Below, one piece after another: positions 1 through 7,622 of a stretch of 42,426 bases of DNA. The notes beneath the pieces are model-generated. The model searched no databases, was not told where the DNA came from, and saw only the letters and a program-made list of their open reading frames with translations. The first letter of the stretch is position 1; each line of letters opens with the position of its first letter. Position numbers and translations under genes: made by a program. Origin of the DNA: a virus (taxonomy: Duplodnaviria > Caudoviricetes); IMG/VR virus record IMGVR_UViG_3300049210_000044, positions 1 to 42,426 of that record; one strand, written 5' to 3'.

Positions 1-20
1 GGGTCCGGGGCGCCCGGGGT
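1..20. repeat. 20-bp direct repeat identical to 42407-42426 (circular overlap)
   Basis: gggtccggggcgcccggggt at both ends; TerL continues in frame across the junction. Confidence 0.95.
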
Positions 21-165
21 GGGGCTTGCCGTTGCAGTCGGGCAGGTCGCAGAGCCAGGGGACCTTACCTGCCTCCTGGTCCGCGATGACCTGCTCTAGG
101 ACTACTTCAAGGCGTGACAGAGCAGCAGGGCTCATCTTCTCAAGGTCGGCCCTGCTGAGGGTCAC
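1..165 (-). CDS. terL: Terminase large subunit, N-terminal part (joins 42406..41150)
   Basis: GTG at 165 overlaps the TerS stop (GTGA); translates [16 protein letters not shown]...PWLCDLPDCNGKPHPGRPGP and continues in frame into HARQAQRPPEGEWDVWMALAGRGWGKT. Confidence 0.9.
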   Translation of the reverse strand, partial: MTLSRADLEKMSPAALSRLEVVLEQVIADQEAGKVPWLCDLPDCNGKPHPGRPGP

Positions 166-650
166 TCGGTCAGCCGCCCCACGGAAGCGGTGATCGCCTT
201 TTCCACCAGGGCTTCGACGCGATCGATCTGCTCACTGGTCTTGTCGGTGTCCTTGCCCATGAGCAGGGCGTTTTGCTCGACCTTTGCCATAGCGGTAAGG
301 GCTTGGGTCCATCGGATGGTGGGGTCCTGGCGCTTCTCCATGAAGTCGTCCAGCCGCTGATCGAGCAGTGCCCTCAGCTTGTCGATGAGGGCTAGGTTCT
401 TGTCCCGCGATTCGGCCAGCGCGTGGACCATGCCGTCGGTGGGCGCTTCGATGGCGTACCGGTCGAACGCCCGGACGCGTTCACGCCAGTTGTTCTTGCG
501 GGACCAGTCTGTGATCAGGGACCAGGACTTGTTCTGGTGCTTGCACAGACGGTCCAGGGACCGCCGGGAGCCCCACATGAGGTACACCCGGAACGCCTCA
601 TACGAGGGGTCGGATTCGTAGTCCTGTCGTAGCCAGATCTGTTCGGTCAT
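162..650 (-). CDS. terS: Terminase small subunit (probable)
   Basis: Directly upstream of TerL; HTH-like N-terminus (YEAFRVYL...[15 protein letters not shown]) and helical C-terminus. Confidence 0.75.
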   Translation of the reverse strand: MTEQIWLRQDYESDPSYEAFRVYLMWGSRRSLDRLCKHQNKSWSLITDWSRKNNWRERVRAFDRYAIEAPTDGMVHALAESRDKNLALIDKLRALLDQRLDDFMEKRQDPTIRWTQALTAMAKVEQNALLMGKDTDKTSEQIDRVEALVEKAITASVGRLTE

Positions 651-1174
651 GTCCGCTCCTCATCGTTCTTCCCGCAGAGGAAGTACGTCCTGCCATTCAG
701 CTCGACCAGCTCGCCCGTGTAGCCCTCGGGGCAGGCTTCTGCGGCGGGGCCCCGGTCACCTTGTGGCCCGACGGGGCCTGGGGCACCCGTCGGACCCACC
801 GGGCCCTGCTCGCCCGGGAGACCTCTCTCCCCGGTCGAGCCTTGTGGCCCGGTCTCGCCCACGGGTCCCGTAGCCCCATCGGGACCGCGCGCTCCGGGTT
901 CGCCTTGAACGCCCTGAGCCCCTTGCGGTCCCGGAGCGCCCGTAGGCCCTGGTTTACCATCCCTGCCGTCCCTGCCGTCCTCGCCGTTAGATCCGTTGCT
1001 GCCACGGGGACCCGCTACGGGGGTGCCGCCGAGGTCGCGTACCTGCTGCGCAAGGGCTTTGCGGTCTGACTCCGCCGCGTCCAGCCGTTCGGCGATGCTC
1101 TGCCCGTAGGCGATGGCGTAGGCGATAGCGACAGAGAGTGCCACCACCACAGCCCACCAGCGCAGTGCCTTCAC
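647..1174 (-). CDS. Membrane-anchored collagen-like protein in lysis cassette
   Basis: GTG start overlapping the upstream stop; N-terminal TM, short coiled coil, G-X-Y triplet run, C-terminal Cys pair (ACPEGY...YFLC). Confidence 0.8.
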   Translation of the reverse strand: MKALRWWAVVVALSVAIAYAIAYGQSIAERLDAAESDRKALAQQVRDLGGTPVAGPRGSNGSNGEDGRDGRDGKPGPTGAPGPQGAQGVQGEPGARGPDGATGPVGETGPQGSTGERGLPGEQGPVGPTGAPGPVGPQGDRGPAAEACPEGYTGELVELNGRTYFLCGKNDEERT

Positions 1175-1434
1175 GGTGCCTTCCCTAGCAGTAAATACAG
1201 GAATAGCCCCACGATGACAGGTGCCACTACGCCGGACCATAGCCACCGGCTGATCGAGGCGATGCGGGCACGGTCCTCGGCGAGGGCTTCGGCGAGGGCT
1301 TCCTGATCTTTGGCGAGCGCTTCCAGCTTCAGGGCCAAGATCTCTTTGGTGACGTACTGCTGCTGCGCTTCGATCAGTGCGTGTACGTCGCGGCGGAGGA
1401 GGCGTACCTCCTCCGCCAACGTCGGCTCATCCAT
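1171..1434 (-). CDS. Coiled-coil protein with C-terminal TM (holin-like or lysis accessory)
   Basis: 87 aa, immediately after the endolysin; C-terminal hydrophobic helix [20 protein letters not shown]. Confidence 0.7.
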   Translation of the reverse strand: MDEPTLAEEVRLLRRDVHALIEAQQQYVTKEILALKLEALAKDQEALAEALAEDRARIASISRWLWSGVVAPVIVGLFLYLLLGKAP

Positions 1435-1440
1435 AGGGGA

Positions 1441-2568
1441 CTAGTTGGGCCACGACTGTACGGAGATCCGCGCGTCGCTCATGGTGACCGGGGCGGAGCC
1501 GGTGGACTTCACCACGAACACGAGACGGTTGTAAGTGGTCTCGATGAACGGCACAGCGGCCCTGACGGGCTCGGTGCCGTAACCGCGTCCGAAAACCTGG
1601 ACTTCGGGCCCCGCCCAGATGAGCTCGCCGAGGCTGTTCTCCTCGGCCTGCCAGACCTCCACGGTCTCGCCGTCCGCGAGCCCGGTGAAGGTGGCGTTGA
1701 AGACCGCGCTGTAGCGACCGTTGACGATGACTGTCTTGCCGCCCTGACCGTGCTGGTTGCCGTCGTCGGCGTGCTCCACGTTCCAGTAGATCGTCTGGGG
1801 GATGTTGTCGAGGAGGGTGACCGTGGTGGAGAGGGAGAGGATGGTGCGGGCGGGGGCGGTCACGGTGGCTCCTGGAATCGGGGTGGGGTATTCGGCGGTC
1901 GGGTCCTCGGGGACGTGACCGGCGTTGTCGCCCCATCCGGCGGGCTGTGCGAGACGGGCCTGAATGCGTTCTCGCATGGTCGGCATGCTGGGCATGCCGG
2001 GTCCGGCGGGGTCGGGCTTCCAGTCCGACCACTCACGATGGGCGATGGTGGACTTGGCACTCCAGCCGTGGAAGCGGCAGATGGCGGCGGACCAGCGGAC
2101 CATGGCCTCCACCTGGACATCAGGCCAGGGGTCGCCGTCCTCGCCCTTGTTGACGCACTCGGCGCCGTAGAAGTGGGCGTTGCCGTCCACCCCGCCGCTC
2201 ATGCCCTCGTGGTAGTGCGTGGCCGGGGGCGAGAGGGTGTAGCGCTCGTCTATGACTGCCTGGAACACGTTGGGGTCGCCTGTGCCCGCGTGGTTGGCTC
2301 GTCCGTTGCCTACCAGGTAGACGGTCCCGCTCTTCCCGATCACCGCGTGGCACAGCGGTCCGGGGAGTTCGGCGTATCCGTCCTCGCACAGCTCGACCGA
2401 GGCCAGTTCGCCCGAGCTGGCGGTGTGGTGAAGCATCACTCCGTTGACGGGGCCCCAGGCGCCCTTGTGGTTGCGGTTGTGGGTGCGCCACCCGTCGCGC
2501 TCCACCACGTGGAGGCCTTCCGCTTTGAGAGCGGCCACCATTTGGTCTGCTGTCATGGGCTCTGACAT
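1441..2568 (-). CDS. Endolysin, N-acetylmuramoyl-L-alanine amidase (Amidase_2 type)
   Basis: Motifs GVMLHHTA, GPLCH, GRANHAG, YGAE, IAHREW, KPDP; Pro/Thr linker and C-terminal beta domain; start MSEPMTADQ. Confidence 0.92.
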   Translation of the reverse strand: MSEPMTADQMVAALKAEGLHVVERDGWRTHNRNHKGAWGPVNGVMLHHTASSGELASVELCEDGYAELPGPLCHAVIGKSGTVYLVGNGRANHAGTGDPNVFQAVIDERYTLSPPATHYHEGMSGGVDGNAHFYGAECVNKGEDGDPWPDVQVEAMVRWSAAICRFHGWSAKSTIAHREWSDWKPDPAGPGMPSMPTMRERIQARLAQPAGWGDNAGHVPEDPTAEYPTPIPGATVTAPARTILSLSTTVTLLDNIPQTIYWNVEHADDGNQHGQGGKTVIVNGRYSAVFNATFTGLADGETVEVWQAEENSLGELIWAGPEVQVFGRGYGTEPVRAAVPFIETTYNRLVFVVKSTGSAPVTMSDARISVQSWPN

Positions 2569-2607
2569 GTTCACGTCCCTCTGTCGTCGTCCTGTACAGC
2601 ATAAACA

Positions 2608-2641
2608 GCAAAGCCCCACCACGATCGTGGTGGGGCTTTGC
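2608..2641. terminator. Perfect 34-bp palindrome, terminator-like
   Basis: gcaaagccccaccacga|tcgtggtggggctttgc, intergenic, just 3' of ORF 2664-2960. Confidence 0.75.
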
Positions 2642-2663
2642 CAACCCTCGGAGGGAAGGAGGG

Positions 2664-2960
2664 TTACGCCGGGCGAGCCGGAGCGACCGCGACCGCGTTG
2701 ACGCGCACGGACTGCGGGGCCGGGGCGGTGTCGAACCGCACGGTGGCCCGGTTGTCACCGTTGAACGTCAGGTCGGTGTCCGAGCGAACGGCGCCTGTGT
2801 TGACGTCATAGGCCTGGATGAGGACGACGCGCTGACCGAGGTTGTGATCGATCGGGAAGTCCACCTGGGTGCCGTCACCGATCGTGGTCTCGTAGGTCTT
2901 GACGATCGGAACGGATCCGTTGCCGTTGTCCGGGTCGATGTCGATGCATACTCGGGTCAT
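2664..2960 (-). CDS. Small beta-rich protein (HNLG-type), paralog of 31848-32186
   Basis: FPIDHNLGQRVVLIQAYDVNTG...ATVRF aligns with FAVTHGFNTLDVIVQVFDNATG...VTVGF. Confidence 0.75.
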   Translation of the reverse strand: MTRVCIDIDPDNGNGSVPIVKTYETTIGDGTQVDFPIDHNLGQRVVLIQAYDVNTGAVRSDTDLTFNGDNRATVRFDTAPAPQSVRVNAVAVAPARPA

Positions 2961-3007
2961 CACTGGCTCCTGCTGTGGTCGGGTCCCCAACTCCCCACGG
3001 TAGCGAG

Positions 3008-3045
3008 ATGACCGGGCATCTGCATTCGAACAGATGCCCGGTCAT
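3008..3045. terminator. 15-bp stem-loop terminator
   Basis: atgaccgggcatctg-cattcgaa-cagatgcccggtcat, at the end of the minus-strand accessory operon. Confidence 0.75.
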
Positions 3046-3064
3046 TGGTTTTCGGCCTGCTACC

Positions 3065-3238
3065 TCAGTCTTCTTCCCGCAACTCCTCCGGGCACGGGGC
3101 GCCCAGCTCCTCCATGACCCCCGCGAGATCCATGGCATCGAGTCCGTGGCCGTTGTTGACCGAGATGATCCAGTCCCACACCGCCGCTGTGACGAGCTCC
3201 AGCGTCCGGGACGGGCCGGGGGTCGAGAACTCCATCAC
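3065..3238 (-). CDS. Hypothetical protein (57 aa, not in ORF track)
   Basis: GTGA-coupled start; MMEFSTPGPSRTLELVTAAVWDWIISVNNGHGLDAMDLAGVMEELGAPCPEELREED. Confidence 0.7.
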   Translation of the reverse strand: MMEFSTPGPSRTLELVTAAVWDWIISVNNGHGLDAMDLAGVMEELGAPCPEELREED

Positions 3239-3369
3239 TTCCCCTTAGGAGTGCCCGGAACGGGCTTGTCGGGTGCCGGGAACCAACCGCCCCTAGAAGC
3301 CTGGTAGGTGGTTTTCTGGGACTCCCTGCGGGGGTCGTCCTCGGCCAGCTTGGGCTGCTTGAGAGTCAT
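3235..3369 (-). CDS. Hypothetical protein (44 aa)
   Basis: ATGA-coupled in the operon; MTLKQPKLAEDD... Confidence 0.6.
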   Translation of the reverse strand: MTLKQPKLAEDDPRRESQKTTYQASRGGWFPAPDKPVPGTPKGK

Positions 3370-3704
3370 GTCGTCCCTGCTTCCTTGGTGATCTCTTCTG
3401 TCATCCAGACGCTGTTGCGCAGGACGAGCCATCGGTTGGTGTGGCTCTGATCCCGCACCACGCCGACCTGCGGTTCTTCCTTAGAGCCCCTCTCGGGGAC
3501 CGGTGGGGGAGCGGGGTTAGCTTCACGGGGCATCCTTTTCGCAGCCCAGATCAGCGAGCCCCACCCGGTTACCCACAGGAGACCTACTCCGAGGTCGGGG
3601 GCCTTGGTGAACAGAACGACGAGGACCACGGTGGCCGGGACTGCGAGGACGCACCCGCATCCTCGGCGGTCCAGGCCACCATCTTCCTCAGGCTCCTCGC
3701 TCAC
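3366..3704 (-). CDS. Two-TM membrane protein
   Basis: GTGA-coupled; two hydrophobic segments followed by a Pro-rich tail. Confidence 0.7.
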   Translation of the reverse strand: MSEEPEEDGGLDRRGCGCVLAVPATVVLVVLFTKAPDLGVGLLWVTGWGSLIWAAKRMPREANPAPPPVPERGSKEEPQVGVVRDQSHTNRWLVLRNSVWMTEEITKEAGTT

Positions 3705-3904
3705 CGCTTCCACTTGCGGTAGTGGACCCGCTGATCGCCCCACGGAATCCACCGGTTCGAGTCCCGTTGGCGGACCATCATCCGGGCCTGGATGGTGATC
3801 GGTGTGGGGGTTGTCCACGCGTGGTCACCGCACCCGTGGAACCTCTGCGGAGTCCCGCACCGGCTACAGCTGTAGGGCTCTCGGCTGTCCCAGTAGACAG
3901 TCAT
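3701..3904 (-). CDS. Small Zn-finger-like protein
   Basis: CSRCG...H...H pattern; ATGA-coupled. Confidence 0.65.
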   Translation of the reverse strand: MTVYWDSREPYSCSRCGTPQRFHGCGDHAWTTPTPITIQARMMVRQRDSNRWIPWGDQRVHYRKWKR

Positions 3905-4407
3905 GCGATCGCTCCGAACAGCAGGGCCCCGACCTCGTTGGCGCCCTGGGCGAGAGGTACCGCCGCAAGACCAGCCACCCCGGATGAGGTGCCGAGACAC
4001 AGCCCGCAGATCATGCCCCGGGTGACGACGGTCTTCCAGGGCTTCTTACGGCGTATCGCGAACACGACCACGGTGAGCAGGACTACCAGGGCGGACCCGG
4101 TGGTGGTGAGGGGCAGGTACGCCCCGTGAGAGACCTGCCCCGGCTTGACTCCTACTCCGAGCCACAGGGCCGCGTCCCCGAGCCAGTTGAGGGCCCACAG
4201 GGCCGTATCGAACCCCCACCCGATAAGTCCCATCACCGAGAGGATCCCGAGGGCCCCGTACGCCCACGCAAGGAGGAACGGGGCGAGATCCAGGGCGAAC
4301 GGAACGGGCTTCTTCTGGAGTTGCTTCCACCCCGGATACCACTCGATCAGGTGGTTGAGGAGAACGCCGAGGCCGACAGTGACCCCGCCGAGGGTCGCCC
4401 AGATCAT
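3901..4407 (-). CDS. Multi-pass membrane protein
   Basis: Start MIWATLGG; about 4 hydrophobic segments; ATGA-coupled. Confidence 0.75.
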   Translation of the reverse strand: MIWATLGGVTVGLGVLLNHLIEWYPGWKQLQKKPVPFALDLAPFLLAWAYGALGILSVMGLIGWGFDTALWALNWLGDAALWLGVGVKPGQVSHGAYLPLTTTGSALVVLLTVVVFAIRRKKPWKTVVTRGMICGLCLGTSSGVAGLAAVPLAQGANEVGALLFGAIA

Positions 4408-4664
4408 CGCCGCCCCCGGATGCTCAGCACCTTGTTGTAGATGGTTCGCCAGTCGGCACGCTGCTGCCAGTAAGGCTTCTCGCCCTCCGGTCGCTTCGCC
4501 CCGCCAGTCAGAAAGAGGAAGACCGATCCGGGCTGTACCCGCTGTAGGACCTTGACGCTGCAGACGTACTTGACGTTGGGCAGCTCCCCGTTGGGGTCCT
4601 GCTTCCAGCACCACTTTTCGAAGTGCAGCTGGTCCTTGGCGATGACGTACACGGTGGGGCTCAT
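4404..4664 (-). CDS. Hypothetical protein
   Basis: Start MSPTVYVIAK; ATGA-coupled at both ends. Confidence 0.65.
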   Translation of the reverse strand: MSPTVYVIAKDQLHFEKWCWKQDPNGELPNVKYVCSVKVLQRVQPGSVFLFLTGGAKRPEGEKPYWQQRADWRTIYNKVLSIRGRR

Positions 4665-5374
4665 GACGTCTCCCCGAGGTAGGTGAGCAGCCGACCGGCC
4701 CGGTCCTGACCGATACCGGCGTACTTCTTGAGACCCCGGACGCTCGGGCGCGTACTCGCCACGTCGCACTCAGCCAAGTACGCCTGGGCGCTGGGCAGGT
4801 GCACCGCGTCCTCCGCACTCAGCGGGATGGACCCGGCGGGTACAGGTGCGGGTGCGTGCACCCGCTCGATGTACTCGCCCAGGTACGCGGGCGGCAGGGG
4901 CGGGAGTGCGGGTGCACTCGGCACAGGTGCAGCGGGTGCGGGTGCACTCGGGTGCACCTGCTCCGCCAGGAACTCCGGCAGCCACTCGGCATCGGCGCCA
5001 GGTACGTCAGGTACGTGTACCTCGGGGTGCTTCACCGCACCCGAGTGCGACCTGAGTACGTGGCCCCGCCAGACCAGGATGGGTACGAGTGCACCCACGG
5101 CCGAGTACAGGCCCCAGTGGAGGGGAAGTACGCCCGCCGTGACCAGGATGGAGGCGACGTTGGCCGCGACCATGACGAACACGGCGGGAAGTACGTCCTT
5201 GTGCTTCTGGAGTGCACGGATGACGTAGAGGTCGAGTGCGCCGGGTACCGCACTCGCCACAGCCCAATTGAGGCCGGTGGCGAGTGCGAGGGTGTACTCG
5301 GCGTGCGCTGTGGCTACGAGTGCGCACCCGAGCTGCGCCCACAGGATCCAGTCCTGTCGAGTACGCGTATTCAC
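4661..5374 (-). CDS. DUF2637/SpdA-like membrane protein with C-terminal winged helix
   Basis: About 4 N-terminal TMs (TAHAEYTLA..G...AVPGALD), Pro/Ala linker, C-terminal PSVRGLKKYAGIGQDRAGRLL resembling the FtsK-gamma wHTH. Confidence 0.75.
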   Translation of the reverse strand: MNTRTRQDWILWAQLGCALVATAHAEYTLALATGLNWAVASAVPGALDLYVIRALQKHKDVLPAVFVMVAANVASILVTAGVLPLHWGLYSAVGALVPILVWRGHVLRSHSGAVKHPEVHVPDVPGADAEWLPEFLAEQVHPSAPAPAAPVPSAPALPPLPPAYLGEYIERVHAPAPVPAGSIPLSAEDAVHLPSAQAYLAECDVASTRPSVRGLKKYAGIGQDRAGRLLTYLGETS

Positions 5375-5818
5375 GGCCGCACCACGGTGAAGGTGCAGGT
5401 GCACTCGGAGTAGGTGCACCCGTCCTTACCGTGCGAGTACACGAGCCGGTGGGTGCAGGTGCACTCGGCAGTGGGTGCGGGCTTGGGGCTGGACTCCACC
5501 AGCGGAGGAGCGATGTACTCGGGTGCACGCCAGGTACGGGGACAGGTGCACCCGTCGGCAGCGGTGCACCCCTGGTGCTTACGCTCCGACCAGAGCAGGT
5601 GCAGCGCCATCGGATGCCCGCAATCGGGGCACGGCGAGTACGGTCCGAGTTCAGTCGGCTGGCACGGGTCACCGGGCTGCCCGTGGCTGTCGGACCAGGG
5701 ACCCCCACAGACACCGCACTCAGGTGCGGTCGGGGGCTCCTCTGCGGCAGCTACAGGTGCGTCCGCCCCGTGGGCGAAGTGCACCCGCCCGTTGAACTTG
5801 GCACAGGTGCAGTACTCG
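4752..5818. repeat. Dense dispersed (C)RRGTRC / GTGCAC motif field
   Basis: About 65 hand-counted RRGTRC hits on both strands in 1.07 kb, versus about 5 expected from base composition. Confidence 0.9.
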
Positions 5819-6081
5819 GGTCCCTCCGGAGCGATGGGGTGAGCGTCGGCAGCGGTGATGGGGTTGGATGCGGGCTGAGGCTGGAGCCACTCACCCAGGG
5901 CGGTGCGCAGCTTCGCGACCGCGTCCCTGTTGAGGCAGCCCACGTAGCGCCGCGCGCTCGGGAGAGAGTCGACCTCCACGTAGAGGTGGAGGTGTTGGTG
6001 GTGGCCCTGCCGGATCTCTGTCAGGTCCCCATCAGCATCGACATGACTGAAGATCACTCCACCGGGATTGCTGCTCATCAT
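5371..6081 (-). CDS. Cys/His-rich hypothetical protein
   Basis: Repeated CTC, CxxC and H motifs; coupled to both neighbours. Confidence 0.7.
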   Translation of the reverse strand: MMSSNPGGVIFSHVDADGDLTEIRQGHHQHLHLYVEVDSLPSARRYVGCLNRDAVAKLRTALGEWLQPQPASNPITAADAHPIAPEGPEYCTCAKFNGRVHFAHGADAPVAAAEEPPTAPECGVCGGPWSDSHGQPGDPCQPTELGPYSPCPDCGHPMALHLLWSERKHQGCTAADGCTCPRTWRAPEYIAPPLVESSPKPAPTAECTCTHRLVYSHGKDGCTYSECTCTFTVVRP

Positions 6082-6467
6082 TCATCTCCTTCCGGCTCCC
6101 AGGGGAGCCATTCTTTGGGCCCGGGGCCCGTCAACTGGCGGAAGTGCACGGCCATGAGGCCGGTAGTCGCGTGCTTGGCCTTGAAGGCGACCAGCGGAAG
6201 CGCACGGGCCCTGAGGGCCAGCTCGCTTACCTTGCGACGCTCAGCGGGGGAAATCACCGGGTTGGTGATCTTGCACTGGATGAACAGGACGTCCGGGTGG
6301 AGGCCGTAGTTCTCGCGAAGCCCGTTGCCGGTCTCGGGTCCTACCGCCACGACGTCCACGGCGCCACGGGAACCGGAGGAGCGCAGGCACGTGTACCCGT
6401 ACTTCTCAAGTTCGTGCATGACGTCCAGTTCGAAGTTGGCGCCCTGCCGAGTGGTGTTACGCGCCAT
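6078..6467 (-). CDS. Holliday junction resolvase (Hjc-like PD-(D/E)XK nuclease)
   Basis: GANFE...GY...RSSGSRGAVDVVA...LFIQCK signature. Confidence 0.85.
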   Translation of the reverse strand: MARNTTRQGANFELDVMHELEKYGYTCLRSSGSRGAVDVVAVGPETGNGLRENYGLHPDVLFIQCKITNPVISPAERRKVSELALRARALPLVAFKAKHATTGLMAVHFRQLTGPGPKEWLPWEPEGDE

Positions 6468-6594
6468 CCCGCTCGTTCTCCTTGTCCCACCGGCGTGCCC
6501 GGTAACGGTCAAGGAGGGTGCCGATCGTGAGGACGATGCCGCCTACGATCAGCCCCAGTCCTCCGGCCGCGTACATCTGCATGCCCCAGTTCAT
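6457..6594 (-). CDS. Small single-TM protein (45 aa)
   Basis: RBS AAAGGA; MNWGMQMYAAGGLGLIVGGIVLTIGTLLDRYRARRW... Confidence 0.7.
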   Translation of the reverse strand: MNWGMQMYAAGGLGLIVGGIVLTIGTLLDRYRARRWDKENERDGA

Positions 6595-6600
6595 GGGGTG

Positions 6601-6664
6601 TCCTTTCTTCGGTTGTGGGATGCCTCCGGGCGGGAGTCGAACTCGCCCTGCGACCATCGGAGGC
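6601..6664 (-). ncRNA. Mini tRNA-like leader element, copy 1, with RBS
   Basis: Minus strand GCCTCCG-ATGGTCGCAG-GGCGAGTTCGACTCCCGCC-CGGAGGC-ATCCCACAACCGAAGAAAGGA; near-identical to 7623-7685. Confidence 0.7.
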
Positions 6665-6671
6665 GGAAATA

Positions 6672-7460
6672 CTAGACGGGCATGACCATCGGCTCTTCGG
6701 CCGTGTGGGCGATGGTTGCCAGGTAGCGGCCCTCACGCAGCGCGTTCCAGGCCCGGAAGTAGAGGCCGACGTGCTGGTGGAAGGGAACGTTCTTCGCGTT
6801 CACCTTGTCGCGCAGGAGGCGGTTGCGCAGGGTGAGGATGGGGTGACCGTCGTACAGCTCGACCCCGGTACCCAGCTGGGCGAAGAACTCGGAACACGCA
6901 CCCTCATCGAGCTGGAGCAGGATGTGGTGAGTGGTGCCGACCACGGTGGCGACAGCGGGCCGGTAGCTGCGGTTGGTGCGGGTACCGATCTCGGCTGAGC
7001 GCCGCAGGCTCGGGTACTTCTCCAACACGGTGAGGAGCTCCGTGGAACTGGGACGGTCCGTGTTGGTGAACTTGCGGTTACCCAGGTCCCACAGCCAGAC
7101 GCGGCGGGCGACGGAAGCGAGAACGTTGCTATTGGTCTCGCCGTGAATGGCCATGACGTCGCCGGTGGTGCGCTTGCGGCCGGAGTCCATGGTGTCCTGG
7201 GCTGCGTAGGGCAGCCCCTCCACCACGAGGATTTCTACGGCCGTGTCTGAGGCGACGATGGCTGCCAAACGGTGCTGTCCGTCCAGGAGCACTCCGTCGT
7301 GAGCGCGCTTGACGGTCTCGCCGTTGCTGAGCCAGAGACCGGCGCGCATCTCCCGGGCGTAGTCGGCTACGAGCTTTGCGTTCAGGTTGCGGTTGTTCGG
7401 GTTGTCCTTGAGCCACTCGGCAGCGATCTGCGGGGTGACGAGAACGAGGTTGATCCTCAC
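6672..7460 (-). CDS. ParB/Srx-fold (DGQHR-motif) protein
   Basis: TPQIAAEWL..N.NNR...V..YA..M..G.W..NGE...LLDGQHRLAAIV. Confidence 0.8.
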   Translation of the reverse strand: MRINLVLVTPQIAAEWLKDNPNNRNLNAKLVADYAREMRAGLWLSNGETVKRAHDGVLLDGQHRLAAIVASDTAVEILVVEGLPYAAQDTMDSGRKRTTGDVMAIHGETNSNVLASVARRVWLWDLGNRKFTNTDRPSSTELLTVLEKYPSLRRSAEIGTRTNRSYRPAVATVVGTTHHILLQLDEGACSEFFAQLGTGVELYDGHPILTLRNRLLRDKVNAKNVPFHQHVGLYFRAWNALREGRYLATIAHTAEEPMVMPV

Positions 7461-7482
7461 TGGTTCTCCTGAGAGATCTGGA

Positions 7483-7509
7483 GAACGGACCCCTTCACCG
7501 GGTCCGTTC
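7483..7509. terminator. 10-bp stem-loop
   Basis: gaacggaccc-cttcacc-gggtccgttc, intergenic. Confidence 0.6.
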
Positions 7510-7516
7510 GGGGTGG

Positions 7517-7615
7517 TTACTTACCGGCGGACTTGAAGATCGCCATGATGAACAGGACGAGTGCCCAGAACGCCGTGGCACCGAGCGCCCCGATGATGAG
7601 CGGGCTGACGTACAT
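7517..7615 (-). CDS. Small single-TM peptide (32 aa, not in ORF track)
   Basis: RBS AAAGGAG; MYVSPLIIGALGATAFWALVLFIMAIFKSAGK. Confidence 0.7.
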   Translation of the reverse strand: MYVSPLIIGALGATAFWALVLFIMAIFKSAGK

Positions 7616-7622
7616 GACTTGC

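Noticed and set aside
1-20. Terminal repeat as a biological genome end
   Set aside because: It falls inside the TerL reading frame and is most simply an assembly overlap.
745-1010. DNA repeat in the collagen-like gene
   Set aside because: Explained by G-X-Y protein periodicity.
4752-5818. CRISPR array or tandem repeat
   Set aside because: Motifs are 6-10 nt, irregularly spaced, in both orientations, with no repeat-spacer periodicity or cas operon.
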